From NCBI GenBank assembly GCA_041688155.1, contig JBDNIW010000003.1, forward strand, positions 95,397 through 159,396: a DNA stretch of 64,000 nt. The letters run 5' to 3'. Origin of the DNA: Minisyncoccota bacterium (GTDB taxonomy: Bacteria > Patescibacteriota > Minisyncoccia > Phycocordibacterales > UBA918). The translations under genes and the position numbers were made by a program. Within the stretch, counting starts at the first letter, position 1; each line of letters opens with the position of its first letter. This document shows, piece by piece, positions 17,995 through 28,140 of the stretch. A model generated the notes under the pieces. That model saw only the letters and a program-made list of their open reading frames with translations. It was not told the origin of the DNA and made no database searches.

Positions 17995-19776
17995 ATGGAA
18001 ACAACAACAGACTTCACAAAAGCAGCCGGCGTCATCAAACGAGTGACCGGACCATTGGTGCGGGCAACGGGTATGAGTGAAGCTAAACTCTACGAGGTTG
18101 TTCGGGTGTCAGACGAAAAACTGATGGGTGAAATCATCGAGCTCCACGGCGATGAGGCGGCGATTCAGGTGTATGAGGAAACCGCTGGTATTGCACCAGG
18201 AGACCCGGTATACCGCACTGGTCGCGTGATGTCTGTTGCTCTAGCTCCAGGATTACTAGAATCTATTTACGACGGTGTCCAACGTCCGCTCAAAACCATC
18301 GAAGCAGTAGCGGGTAACCAATACATCAAACGAGGGATCGAAGCCGACCCGATAGATATGGCAAAAAAGTGGCCCTTCACGGCTGTAGCTAAAGTGGGAG
18401 ATGTCGTGTCAGGTGGAGACGTGCTGGGCGAGGTGCAAGAAACGTCCGTCATCGTGCACAAAGTGATGGTGCCGCCAGCGATGTCAGGTACAATCGAAGC
18501 CATCAATAGTGGCGATTTCACCGTGACTGATGAAGTAGCTACCCTACAGACTGAAAATGGTTCACAATCAGTCGCCATGCTGCAGTACTGGCCGATTCGA
18601 GTAGCGCGGCCCAAAACCGCCAAGATATTTCCAACTGAACCACTGCGAACCGGTGGCCGTTCAATTGATACATTTTTCCCCATCGCCAAGGGTGGAGCCG
18701 GGTCAATCCCGGGTCCATTTGGAGCGGGCAAAACAGTGACTCAACAGGGTATCGCCAAGTACTGTGACGCCGAGATTATCGTCTACATCGGTTGTGGTGA
18801 GCGCGGCAACGAGATGACCGAAGTACTATCAGAATTCCCGCACCTAGTTGACCCGAACACTGGCGAGAACTTGATGAAACGAACCATTCTGATTGCTAAC
18901 ACCTCAAACATGCCGGTAGCAGCGCGTGAGGCCAGTGTCTACACCGGAATCACCATCGCCGAGTATTATCGTGATATGGGCTACAACGTGGCGCTAATGG
19001 CCGACTCAACCTCACGGTGGGCTGAAGCCATGCGTGAGATTTCTGGTCGCCTAGAAGAGATGCCGGGTGAAGAAGGGTACCCAGCGTATTTGTCATCACG
19101 AACCGCTGAATTCTACGAGCGCGCTGGTATTGTTACTGCCCTGGGGAGTGAGGGACGAATCGGCTCACTGACGGTGATTGGAGCGGTGTCGCCTCCAGGT
19201 GGAGACTTGTCCGAACCAGTGTCACAAGCGACGCTACGCGTTACCAAAACGTTCTGGTCACTCGACTCAGGACTGGCGTACAAAAAACACTTCCCATCCA
19301 TCAACTGGCTAACGTCGTACTCGCTCTACGCCCCAAACTTCAAAGACTTCTGGGCGCGTGAAGTGGCACCTGATTTCTCTGACTACCGAGACGCTGCCCT
19401 CAAACTACTCGGAGAAGAATCAAAACTAATCGAAATCGTTCGACTAGTTGGGATGGAGTCACTCTCAGCTAACGATCGCTTGATCCTCGAAGTAGCGCGG
19501 ATGATGCGAGAAGATTACCTGTTCCAGGACGCCTTCTCACCAGACGATGCGTACACACCACTGAAACGTCAGTACGGTATGTTGAAATCAATCATGACGT
19601 TCTATGATGCTGGACTACCAGTAGTGACTCTGCCTGACTTTGAATTCAAAAAATTCACCAGCCTGAAATGTATCGCGCAAGTAGCGACCCTCAAAGAGCA
19701 GCTCGATTGGGAGATCAAAGACTTCGAAGCCTACCAAACCATCATCAAGGACGAAATTAATAGCCTGGTAAACTAA
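17995..19776 (+). CDS. atpA: A/V-type ATPase catalytic subunit A
   Basis: [29 protein letters not shown] and [13 protein letters not shown]. Confidence 0.98.
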   Translation: METTTDFTKAAGVIKRVTGPLVRATGMSEAKLYEVVRVSDEKLMGEIIELHGDEAAIQVYEETAGIAPGDPVYRTGRVMSVALAPGLLESIYDGVQRPLKTIEAVAGNQYIKRGIEADPIDMAKKWPFTAVAKVGDVVSGGDVLGEVQETSVIVHKVMVPPAMSGTIEAINSGDFTVTDEVATLQTENGSQSVAMLQYWPIRVARPKTAKIFPTEPLRTGGRSIDTFFPIAKGGAGSIPGPFGAGKTVTQQGIAKYCDAEIIVYIGCGERGNEMTEVLSEFPHLVDPNTGENLMKRTILIANTSNMPVAAREASVYTGITIAEYYRDMGYNVALMADSTSRWAEAMREISGRLEEMPGEEGYPAYLSSRTAEFYERAGIVTALGSEGRIGSLTVIGAVSPPGGDLSEPVSQATLRVTKTFWSLDSGLAYKKHFPSINWLTSYSLYAPNFKDFWAREVAPDFSDYRDAALKLLGEESKLIEIVRLVGMESLSANDRLILEVARMMREDYLFQDAFSPDDAYTPLKRQYGMLKSIMTFYDAGLPVVTLPDFEFKKFTSLKCIAQVATLKEQLDWEIKDFEAYQTIIKDEINSLVN

Positions 19777-19781
19777 TTTGT

Positions 19782-21188
19782 ATGAGTAATAAAGAATACA
19801 CAAACATCGTAGATATCGCCGGACCACTACTCGTCATTGACGGAGTGGAGGGGGCACAATACGAAGAACTCGTCGAAGTAAACGTACCAGGAGAAAAAGC
19901 TCCCCGGTATGGCAAGGTGCTCGATACCAGTAAAGGTACAGCCGTGGTACAGATGTTTGCTTCAACCGCTGGCATGACCGCAGCGGGTACCCGCGCCCGG
20001 TTCAAAGGCGAAACTCTCAAACTCGGTGTCAGTGAAGACATGCTGGGGCGAGTGTTCAACGGCTCAGGTGAGACCATCGACGGTGGTCCAGCCCTCGTGC
20101 CAGAGAAACGACTGCCAATTTCCGGTGACCCAATCAACCCCTACTCACGAGAATTCCCCAATGACTTTATCCAAACGGGTATTGGTTCAATCGACGTGAT
20201 GAACACGTTGGTGCGCGGACAAAAACTCCCGATTTTCTCTGGTGCTGGACTACCGCACGCTCGGCTCGCAGCCCAGATTGCTCGCCAAGCGTCGGTAAAA
20301 GACGGCGGGGAATTCGCCATCGTGTTCGCGACCCTCGGAGTGTCATTCGAGGAAGCAGAATACTTCCGTCGTGAATTTGAAGAAGCGGGAGCGCTCGGCC
20401 GATCAGTCCTATTTATGAACACTGCGGCTGACCCAGTGGTGGAGCGTATCTCTATCCCACGCATGGCGCTGACAACCGCTGAGTACCTGGCGTTTGAAAA
20501 AGGCAAGCACGTGTTAGTGATTATGACCGACCTCACTAACTACTGTGAAGCTTTGCGCGAAGTGTCGGCTGCCCGCAAAGAAGTCCCGGGACGACGCGGC
20601 TACCCAGGGTACCTCTACACCGACCTCTCCACCCTCTACGAGCGAGCGGGAGCCATCAAAGGTAAGAAGGGGACAATCACGCAGATTCCCATCCTTACTA
20701 TGCCAGATGATGACAAGACCCACCCCGTACCTGATCTCACCGGCTACATCACCGAAGGACAGTTTGTGATTTCGCGCGACCTTTCAAACCGGGGCATCTT
20801 TCCGCCGGTAGATGTACAAGGCTCACTTTCACGTCTCTGGTCAGCTGGAGTAGGCGAAGGCAAAACCCGTGGTGACCACAAAAACCTTAAAGACCAACTG
20901 TTTGCGTCGTATGCCACCGGCCGCGAAGTGCGCGACTTGGCAGTTGTGCTCGGTGAAGCCTCACTCGATGACACCGACCGCGCCCACCTACGCTTCGCCG
21001 AAGCGTTTGAAACCAAATTCGTCGGTCAAGGTGAGTACGAAAACCGCTCAGTAGAAGAGTCACTCGATATCGGTTGGGAGTTGCTCCGCCTACTACCACG
21101 AACGTCACTCAAGCGAGTCAAGGCGGCTGAAATCGAGCAGTACCTAGGCGTCGAAAGCAAAGCAGACGATAACAAACCAACAAAGTAA
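19782..21188 (+). CDS. atpB: A/V-type ATPase subunit B
   Basis: [30 protein letters not shown] and [14 protein letters not shown]. Confidence 0.98.
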   Translation: MSNKEYTNIVDIAGPLLVIDGVEGAQYEELVEVNVPGEKAPRYGKVLDTSKGTAVVQMFASTAGMTAAGTRARFKGETLKLGVSEDMLGRVFNGSGETIDGGPALVPEKRLPISGDPINPYSREFPNDFIQTGIGSIDVMNTLVRGQKLPIFSGAGLPHARLAAQIARQASVKDGGEFAIVFATLGVSFEEAEYFRREFEEAGALGRSVLFMNTAADPVVERISIPRMALTTAEYLAFEKGKHVLVIMTDLTNYCEALREVSAARKEVPGRRGYPGYLYTDLSTLYERAGAIKGKKGTITQIPILTMPDDDKTHPVPDLTGYITEGQFVISRDLSNRGIFPPVDVQGSLSRLWSAGVGEGKTRGDHKNLKDQLFASYATGREVRDLAVVLGEASLDDTDRAHLRFAEAFETKFVGQGEYENRSVEESLDIGWELLRLLPRTSLKRVKAAEIEQYLGVESKADDNKPTK

Positions 21189-21199
21189 AAAACCCCCAC

Positions 21200-21237
21200 C
21201 CACCTAACTTAAGTCATCGATGACTTAAGTTAGGTGG
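21200..21237. repeat. 38-bp perfect palindrome between atpB and atpD
   Basis: ccacctaacttaagtcatc|gatgacttaagttaggtgg. Confidence 0.95.
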
Positions 21238-21315
21238 CTCGAGGCAAATTCCTGGAACACCCAAGTCAAACGCTCACCTGTACAATAGAAGTCAACCAGT
21301 TAATTTTATCTACCC

Positions 21316-21951
21316 ATGATTCTAAAAGTAAGCCCCACCCGAGTATCGCTGCTCACGCTCAAAAAAGAGCTGAAACTAGCGCAAAAGGGTCACAAACTAC
21401 TCAAAGACAAGCGAGATGGTCTCGTGAAGAAATTCATGGCGGTTATTTATGAAGCCAAGGCGTTGCGCGAGTCCGTCGAGGTGCGGCTAGGTTCGGCGTT
21501 TGACTCGTACACGCGTGCGAGTGCGATGACTGCGTCCGCGGCGCTGGACACGGCCTTTATGGCCCCTAACGCTAAAATTGACCTAGACGTCAAAATCCAG
21601 AGCGTCATGTCAGTCAAAATCCCCGAATTCACTGTTACCAAAACCGGTTCAGCGTTCTCCTACGGCATGCTCGAAACCACCGGCGACCTCGACAACGCCA
21701 TCGTCAAGTTCGACGAAGTGTTTGTCGACATCCTCCGGTTAGCTGAGCTAGAGAAAACCGCCGAGATGCTGGCTGAAGAAATCGAGAAAACTCGCCGGCG
21801 GGTGTCAGCGCTTGAGAACGTCCGCATCCCCAACCTCCAAGACACGATTAAATTCATCACCATGCAGCTCGATGAGCGCAACCGAGACGCGGTGGTCTCG
21901 ACCATGCGGGTGAAAGCCATGATTCTAGCTAAAGAGGCCGAAACAGCCTAA
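21316..21951 (+). CDS. atpD: A/V-type ATPase subunit D
   Basis: PTR..L..LK..L..A.KGH.LLKDKRD.L and EIEKTRRRVSALE.V.IP. Confidence 0.96.
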   Translation: MILKVSPTRVSLLTLKKELKLAQKGHKLLKDKRDGLVKKFMAVIYEAKALRESVEVRLGSAFDSYTRASAMTASAALDTAFMAPNAKIDLDVKIQSVMSVKIPEFTVTKTGSAFSYGMLETTGDLDNAIVKFDEVFVDILRLAELEKTAEMLAEEIEKTRRRVSALENVRIPNLQDTIKFITMQLDERNRDAVVSTMRVKAMILAKEAETA

Positions 21952-22063
21952 ACTGGCGAATCTACGACTGTTTCGCGTAGTGTGATCGTCACCGTACACT
22001 TGTATGGCTCCTCACACACCACCCTCCAACAGTCGCACCTTCATCCAGTTTATACTGTTTCGG
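21938..22063. repeat. nested fold-back element, family C copy 1
   Basis: ccgaaacag/ctgtttcgg, taaactgg/ccagttta, cgactgtt/aacagtcg, gtgtga/tcacac; core tcaccgtacacttgtatggctc (21989-22010). Confidence 0.85.
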
Positions 22064-22085
22064 GGCGAGAAATACCGATTATAGG

Positions 22086-22166
22086 ACAGCCCAAGTGAAG
22101 TTAGAGACAGAACGTCTTGCAGCTTGTAGCGCAACTGCAATATTGCTCTAACTTCACTTGGGCTGT
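22086..22166. repeat. fold-back with 21-bp perfect arms
   Basis: acagcccaagtgaagttagag / ctctaacttcacttgggctgt; inner ttgcag/ctgcaa. Confidence 0.9.
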
Positions 22167-22204
22167 TTTTGTATATCCTCCTCCAGATAATACAGCAGAG
22201 TAGC

Positions 22205-22240
22205 TTGCAATATATAGACATTGTAATACAATGTAAGCAT
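22205..22240 (+). promoter_or_regulatory. TA promoter with operator palindrome
   Basis: TTGCAA-16-TACAAT, overlapped by acattgta-a-tacaatgt. Confidence 0.65.
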
Positions 22241-22516
22241 ATGAAAACATCCCCGTATACTATTCGCCTAGCTGACGACGTTCGCGCTGCGCTCGAACTT
22301 GAAGCCAAACGTGAGGATCGTTCTGCGGCTCAGTTAGCTACCCAGGCGATTAAAACTATGTTGGCTCAGAAAACTGTGTATCACGCGGCGATTGACACTG
22401 CACTGGAGGAAACTACCAAAGGAAGATTCATCTCTCAGGCAGCCATGCATGAGTGGATCGATAGTTGGGGTGCCGATAGTGAACAAGCAGCACCGACAAT
22501 AGACATCATCCGCTAG
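22241..22516 (+). CDS. CopG/RHH antitoxin
   Basis: MKTSPYTIRLADDVRAALELEAKREDRS...GRFISQAAMHEWIDSWG; start ATG 22241. Confidence 0.85.
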   Translation: MKTSPYTIRLADDVRAALELEAKREDRSAAQLATQAIKTMLAQKTVYHAAIDTALEETTKGRFISQAAMHEWIDSWGADSEQAAPTIDIIR

Positions 22517-22518
22517 TC

Positions 22519-22800
22519 ATGCAGTTGGTTTATCTACCAAGTACTGAGTCGGACTTACGGTGGTTGCGACAGTACTATGAACAAGTGTTCGTAGCAGGGT
22601 TACAGGCTGCCCGGCAGCATATCTACGCCACCGAGGCGGCGTTACTTGCTAACCCATACTTGGGCCGTCAGGGGAGCGATAACACTAACGTGCGATCGTT
22701 GCCGATCAGTCGGACGCCCTTTGTATTTGTCTACCGAGTAAACAATAATGAAATACAAATTCTGCGCGTCTGGGACACGCGACGTGATAGTGGAGACTGA
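22519..22800 (+). CDS. RelE/ParE-family toxin
   Basis: A..DL..LRQY..., NPYLGR and FVFVYRV...IQILRVWDTRR. Confidence 0.85.
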   Translation: MQLVYLPSTESDLRWLRQYYEQVFVAGLQAARQHIYATEAALLANPYLGRQGSDNTNVRSLPISRTPFVFVYRVNNNEIQILRVWDTRRDSGD

Positions 22801-22861
22801 CCCCTGAACAACCAAAGCGCTGCCAATCGGCAGCGCTGGTCGGTACTCTTTGGTGTGGTGA

Positions 22862-23611
22862 TTAGTTTGCCAGCTGTACATCAGCTTCGGTTGATACTTC
22901 GGCTTCGACTGGGTTGGTAGTGGCTGGTTCAGTTTCATCTGTCGGGGCAGCTACTACTGGCTCTTCGGGTACTTCCGTCTCGGCTGGTTCTTCTGCAGTG
23001 CTGGTCGCCTCTGGTGTGGTTTCTTCTACCGGTACTTCTGCTGCCTGGTCTGCTGCTACCTGAGCTTCAGTTTGTTCGACTACAGTGTCGATCTGGGTAT
23101 CAAGCTCGATGTTAGCCTCGTAGTCCTGGACTGAGTCAGCAACGGTGGCTTCTAGGTCCTGTATGGTGTCGGCTACTACTAGGTTGAGGTGTTTGCTGCG
23201 GTTATATGACCCGCCGCGACGTGCTAGTTCAGCTTGCACGTTGGTCTCGTTCGCGCTTGATTCGACGTTGTTGAGCGTACCTTGGTGCGCTATCAGGATG
23301 TTTTTGAGAAGTTCGAGACCAGCTACCAGCTGTGCCCGCTGCGCCGCTGTCAGTTGTAGTTGTTCCGATGCGGTGGCGGCTTGGTTGATCGAGTTGAGTC
23401 GAGTGACGATGCGCACCTTGGCCTTTGTGGCCGCTTCAGTTGTTAGTGATCCAGCCAATACTTGTGCGTCAAGTGCAACTAGTTCCGCTGCTAGCTCGGT
23501 GATTTCGGTGTCGACTGTCGCCACGTAGTCAAACTCGTTTGATGCTGTCAGCACAAACCAGCCAGCAATCAACGCGGCCAAGACCAGGAGGGCGATAATT
23601 ATTTTATTCAT
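22862..23611 (-). CDS. hypothetical membrane-anchored or secreted protein with an acidic Pro/Thr/Glu tail
   Basis: N-terminal signal/TM, helical core and low-complexity tail. Confidence 0.75.
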   Translation of the reverse strand: MNKIIIALLVLAALIAGWFVLTASNEFDYVATVDTEITELAAELVALDAQVLAGSLTTEAATKAKVRIVTRLNSINQAATASEQLQLTAAQRAQLVAGLELLKNILIAHQGTLNNVESSANETNVQAELARRGGSYNRSKHLNLVVADTIQDLEATVADSVQDYEANIELDTQIDTVVEQTEAQVAADQAAEVPVEETTPEATSTAEEPAETEVPEEPVVAAPTDETEPATTNPVEAEVSTEADVQLAN

Positions 23612-23746
23612 AATTATATATATGGGTTAACGGTGGGTGATTAAGTAAACCTCTGTTTCTACTATACCCTGGGTGAACTAGTGTCTGTCTGATTGGAGTG
23701 ACTATGTCTGCTGTCTATGACGCTGAGTGTAACCCAATCTTACGGA

Positions 23747-24622
23747 CTAACTGGAGAAATTTTTGGTAGATTTCAGTTGTTCTGATTGAGCGTTAAACTG
23801 AGCGACCGCTAGTCGCTCTGTTTTGACCAGCTGCTCAATCTGGTGCTGGTTCATCATCAGGGCGGCGGTGGCAAACGCGTCTGCGTCCGCGGTAGTAGCA
23901 GCCTTGATAAACGTCGCGTCAGCGGTGAGGTTGTCAGAGACGATGTGGGTGTGGGTGCCGGTGCTGTTCTCCCACACTCGTCGATGGGGGCTGGAGGCGG
24001 CAAACCCATTATTATAAAGCGTGGTGTTGGCAATCATGACGCCGGGTTTGGTTGGGTGTTCGAGGTGGATGGTAATTGGTTGATTATTTTTGTGGGTGGC
24101 ATACATGTCGCCACCGCCGTTAATCAAAAACTGCTCGATGCGGTGCGTATGCTGTAGTTGCCTAGCGAGCAGGTCGACGAGGTAGCCTTTGCCAAATCCC
24201 CCGAGGTCAAGGTTAGCGTCACCTGTCAACCTGATCTGATCAGGACTGATCTGTAAATCAATCACAGGGTTACCTGGTCCGACTGCCGGTCCACTGGCGG
24301 TAAAGGTGTAATCTGCGTCGTAGCCTTTGGATTCCAGTATATGCCCAGTCAAAAGGTTGAAGTGGGTATCTGAGCGCAGGTACAGCCGCTTGCCGTACTC
24401 AAGTAGCTGGACGAATTCTGGCGTGGGGTTGACTACCGTTCGGTCACGGTTAAGGGTCGACACCAGCGAATCTGGCTGGAAGCGGGAGTAGTTCTGCTCG
24501 TAGATCGACACGTACGAGGTAATAAAGTCTTTGACCTCGTCACTTCGCTGCGCTACTAGCTCGCCGAATATCTCTATCCACCACTGCGTCCCGAGTGCTT
24601 GGAAAGAATACTTCATCCGCAA
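23747..24622 (-). CDS. apbE: FAD:protein FMN transferase ApbE
   Basis: ALGT, SRF..DS.VS.LN, LDLGGFGKGY, INGGGD, HI and ADAFATA. Confidence 0.9.
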   Translation of the reverse strand: MRMKYSFQALGTQWWIEIFGELVAQRSDEVKDFITSYVSIYEQNYSRFQPDSLVSTLNRDRTVVNPTPEFVQLLEYGKRLYLRSDTHFNLLTGHILESKGYDADYTFTASGPAVGPGNPVIDLQISPDQIRLTGDANLDLGGFGKGYLVDLLARQLQHTHRIEQFLINGGGDMYATHKNNQPITIHLEHPTKPGVMIANTTLYNNGFAASSPHRRVWENSTGTHTHIVSDNLTADATFIKAATTADADAFATAALMMNQHQIEQLVKTERLAVAQFNAQSEQLKSTKNFSS

Positions 24623-25207
24623 TTAGAGTTGGGCGCGAATCTCCGCGACCCCTTGGTTGAACGCGACTGATGTCAGTGACGCGCCACCCACCCGTGATAG
24701 TTCGACGTTGTTGATGTTTTGTCCGATAACTGCGGCTCCATACGCTCCATCAAACCCAGAGTGGGCCGGTGTGACAGCTGGTCCACCGTCATAGGTAATA
24801 TTTGCGTCAATGATAGTTGTGCCGTCTAGTTCCAGAGTAATCACCATGTCGTGCTTGGTCCGGCGGGGGGTGAAATATGACGCTTTAGCGACGAACTGTT
24901 GAGTGGTTGCGGCCGCCGCATCTGCAGTGGCTGCTGGCGCGCTATCAATCTCAGCTGCGGGTCCAGCCGCGGCTGCTCCACCGTTAATCTCAGCTGTGGG
25001 TTCAGTTGCCGCTGCTTCGTCAACCGGGTTCATGGTTGGAGGTGGTTCGGTTGGTGGGGTGAATCCTTCGGGGAAGTTATTGGCTTGCTCGACCGGCTCT
25101 CCAGGAATTTCTTCGACCATTGAAACGGGAACCTCGGCTGGTTGTCGGAACAGCAAGAGTGCGCCCGCAGCGACAATAATAATAACAAAAGCGATGATAT
25201 ACGGCAT
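24623..25207 (-). CDS. membrane-anchored FMN-binding (flavinylated) protein
   Basis: N-terminal TM, P/A/E linker and C-terminal SRVGGASLTS.AF resembling the [S/T]GA[S/T] flavinylation motif; adjacent to apbE. Confidence 0.8.
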   Translation of the reverse strand: MPYIIAFVIIIVAAGALLLFRQPAEVPVSMVEEIPGEPVEQANNFPEGFTPPTEPPPTMNPVDEAAATEPTAEINGGAAAAGPAAEIDSAPAATADAAAATTQQFVAKASYFTPRRTKHDMVITLELDGTTIIDANITYDGGPAVTPAHSGFDGAYGAAVIGQNINNVELSRVGGASLTSVAFNQGVAEIRAQL

Positions 25208-25250
25208 ACAGAAAGATTTAAATTTAAAGTAGTTTATACTAGTATAAAGT

Positions 25251-26840
25251 ATGACGCGTTACATTTCCAGGTTTATTTCTAGCGTACTAGCAATTCCTAA
25301 CCGGCTGACCGACAAAATCGGGATGTATCGGTTGGTGTCTTTGTCATTGTGGGCGCTGGTGGTTTGCTCATTACTAGCTAGTGCATTTGGCCTACTGGTA
25401 TACAGCATCGGGGCTCAGTTGACGGCAGTGGTGCTTGCGGTTGCCACGGCACTCATCCTCAACGTCGTCTGTGCCAAACTCTGGCGCGTACACGCCAACC
25501 ACGAGTCATCGGTGATCACGGCACTCATCCTGTTTTTCATGATGGTGCCCTACGAAGGCATTGTGACCAACTGGGCATTGCTGTCGGCAGTCGCACTAGG
25601 GACTGTCTCGAAATACGTCATTACCTACCGCCAGCAGCACATATTCAACGCCGCGGCGCTGGGTGCCGTGCTACTGGTGGTCGGGATTGGTGGGTATAAC
25701 CTCTTGACCGGACACAGCTACAACACCGATATATTCCAGTGGTGGGTCGCGAACCCGATTTTGTTCTGGCCGGTAGTACTACTCGGGGTCCTAATTGTGG
25801 CTAAAGTGCGCCGCAGTGCGATGATTGGTGCGTTTATCGGTGTCGGCTTGCTAGTGTTCTTGATTGAGTCGGTCCGGTTTGGTCTGCCGTTGGTCGATTC
25901 TACTTTGGTCTATTTCATATCGTTCCCGACGCTATTTTTGGCATTTTTTATGCTGACCGAGCCGTTTACTATGCCGCCCAAACGAAGCCATCAGGTGTGG
26001 TACGGCGCATTGGTTGGGGCGCTTGCGAGCATGGCCATCTTGGCGCCAGTGTTTGCGATGACACCAGAACTAGCGTTAGTTCTAGGGAACGCGTTTAGCT
26101 ACGTGTTCCGCGTCAAGCGTAAACTATTCCTTAAACTCCAATCTAAACGCTTGATTGCGACCGACACTTGGGAGTTTACCTTTAGCAAACCAGCGGGGTT
26201 CAACTTTGAAGCTGGGCAATACGTCGAGTGGATGCTCCCACACGGGCAAACCGATATGCGTGGCACCCGCCGGTATTTCACCATCGCTTCAAGCCCAACC
26301 GAGTCGGTCGTCCGACTAGCACTCAAAGTGATGCCAGCGGGTCAGAAAGGCAGCACCTACAAATCCCGCTTACTGGATATGGATCACGGGGAAGTGGTGA
26401 TTGTCAGTCAACTAGCGGGGGATTTTGTCCTCCCTAAACACACCGACACCTCCCTTGGGTTCATCGCTGGCGGTATCGGTATAACGCCGTTTTCTAGCCA
26501 CCTCTCGTGGATGCAGGCGAGTGGTAAGCAGTACGACACGCACCTATACTACTGCGCCAACACCGTAGGCGAACTGGCGTACCACGATGAGTTTACCTCT
26601 ATGGGTACCACCATGCCGCTACTAACCATCCCTGTTATCTTCAAAGAAGAAGTGAATCCACCAAACGAACGAGGCTTTGTAACGAGCGAGATGCTAGCCA
26701 GACGAACGCCAGACTTTGCCGAGCGAACCTGGTACATCTCCGGCCCTCCAGGCATGGTCAACGCCTACGAAACGTTACTACAAGAATCAGGCGTCCCCCG
26801 CAAACAAATCAAAACCGATTTCTTCCCCGGTCTTGCGTAA
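25251..26840 (+). CDS. RnfD/NqrB-like membrane domain fused to an FNR-type FAD/NAD(P)H oxidoreductase
   Basis: SKY...HIFN.AA and FFMLTEPFT.P (RnfD-like); then F.AGQY, RRYFTIASSP, IAGGIGITPF and YISGPPGMV. Confidence 0.85.
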   Translation: MTRYISRFISSVLAIPNRLTDKIGMYRLVSLSLWALVVCSLLASAFGLLVYSIGAQLTAVVLAVATALILNVVCAKLWRVHANHESSVITALILFFMMVPYEGIVTNWALLSAVALGTVSKYVITYRQQHIFNAAALGAVLLVVGIGGYNLLTGHSYNTDIFQWWVANPILFWPVVLLGVLIVAKVRRSAMIGAFIGVGLLVFLIESVRFGLPLVDSTLVYFISFPTLFLAFFMLTEPFTMPPKRSHQVWYGALVGALASMAILAPVFAMTPELALVLGNAFSYVFRVKRKLFLKLQSKRLIATDTWEFTFSKPAGFNFEAGQYVEWMLPHGQTDMRGTRRYFTIASSPTESVVRLALKVMPAGQKGSTYKSRLLDMDHGEVVIVSQLAGDFVLPKHTDTSLGFIAGGIGITPFSSHLSWMQASGKQYDTHLYYCANTVGELAYHDEFTSMGTTMPLLTIPVIFKEEVNPPNERGFVTSEMLARRTPDFAERTWYISGPPGMVNAYETLLQESGVPRKQIKTDFFPGLA

Positions 26841-26868
26841 CTTTGTACAAAATGTACAATATAGAGAT

Positions 26869-27120
26869 ATGAAAACTCTTACTACAACAGTTGCTCGTAA
26901 AAACCTAGCTGAACTGATTGATACTATTAAATCAACCAATGAAATATTTGCTATTGGCAGGCGCAACAAACCCGAGGTGATTGTGATGAAATTTCCTGAA
27001 ACCTATAACCCAGCGTTCGATGAAATAACAAACCTCAATGCCATGTCTGGTAGTTTTGATTTCTTGGCAGACGAGCCTGATTTATATACGCTTGCTGATG
27101 CCAAAGAAGTCTATGTCTAA
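26869..27120 (+). CDS. Phd/YefM-family antitoxin
   Basis: MKTLTTTVARKNLAELID...IGRRNKPEVIVM; two TGTACA operator palindromes upstream. Confidence 0.8.
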   Translation: MKTLTTTVARKNLAELIDTIKSTNEIFAIGRRNKPEVIVMKFPETYNPAFDEITNLNAMSGSFDFLADEPDLYTLADAKEVYV

Positions 27121-27430
27121 GCTGTACGACATCATCCTTATACCGTTTCCATTGACTGATCTGGCTAGTCAAAAAATTCGACCTGCTTTACAGTTGTCGA
27201 GTATAACTGACAAAGATGTATTGCTGTGTGCTATTTCAACCAAGACTCACTCCAAGTTTGATATAAAAATTATGCCGACGTCAGAGAACGGTTTGAAGCA
27301 AATATCTTATGTCCGTACCAACAAAGTAGCTACTATAGACAGGAAGCTAGTGCTGGCTAAGTTAGGTGTACTTGAATCTGTTGCAGTAAAAAGTGTTAAA
27401 ACAAAACTGGCAAAGCTATTTGGTTTGTAA
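27113..27430 (+). CDS. PemK/MazF-family toxin
   Basis: DIILIPFP.TDL...KIRPAL...NGLKQISYVRTNKVATI; start ATG 27113 overlaps the antitoxin. Confidence 0.85.
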   Translation: MSKLYDIILIPFPLTDLASQKIRPALQLSSITDKDVLLCAISTKTHSKFDIKIMPTSENGLKQISYVRTNKVATIDRKLVLAKLGVLESVAVKSVKTKLAKLFGL

Positions 27431-27435
27431 CTAGT

Positions 27436-28119
27436 TTACTGACTCCAAAGGATTTCTTTTTCGTCGTGATTTTTTAAATACTCATTAGCCTGTGAGAAAT
27501 GTTTGCACCCGAAAAATCCTCGGTGGGAGGACAGGGGAGATGGGTGTGGGGCGGTGAGGATGAGGTGTTTCTGCTCGTCGATTAGGCTACTCTTGGCCGC
27601 GGCGAATTTACCCCAGAGGATAAATACAACGTGGTCTTGTTCAACCGAGACTGTCTTAATGATTTGGTCGGTAAACTGCTCCCAGCCGCGACCTTGGTGG
27701 GCGCCTGCGTTGCCGGCCTCTACCGTCAGGGTAGCGTTGAGGAGCAGTACGCCTTGCTTGGCCCAGTGGGTGAGGTTGCCGCTAGTCGGGATTGGTTGGT
27801 CGAGGTCGTCCGCCAGCTCTTTGTAGATGTTTTGCAGTGAGGGCGGCACGTTGACCTTATTTGGTACCGAGAACGATAACCCCATGGCTTGTTTGGGTCC
27901 GTGGTAGGGGTCTTGGCCGAGGATGACCACTTTGACCGCGCTTGGTGGGCAGAGTTTAAGGGCGTTGAATACTAGCGGTGCTGAGGGATAGATTGGTGGC
28001 TCGTTGATCAAGTATGATGCGTTGATGTCTAGCGTGAGCGCATCCCAGTATGGCTTTGTAGTTTCGTCCGCCAAATAAGTTTTCCACGGGGTTGGCAAAT
28101 CGGGAATCATTACCGTCAT
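27436..28119 (-). CDS. ung: uracil-DNA glycosylase family 1
   Basis: GQDPYH, PPSLQNIYKEL, GVLLLN and HPSPLS. Confidence 0.97.
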   Translation of the reverse strand: MTVMIPDLPTPWKTYLADETTKPYWDALTLDINASYLINEPPIYPSAPLVFNALKLCPPSAVKVVILGQDPYHGPKQAMGLSFSVPNKVNVPPSLQNIYKELADDLDQPIPTSGNLTHWAKQGVLLLNATLTVEAGNAGAHQGRGWEQFTDQIIKTVSVEQDHVVFILWGKFAAAKSSLIDEQKHLILTAPHPSPLSSHRGFFGCKHFSQANEYLKNHDEKEILWSQ

Positions 28120-28140
28120 TATAGCGGTACACTTACATAT

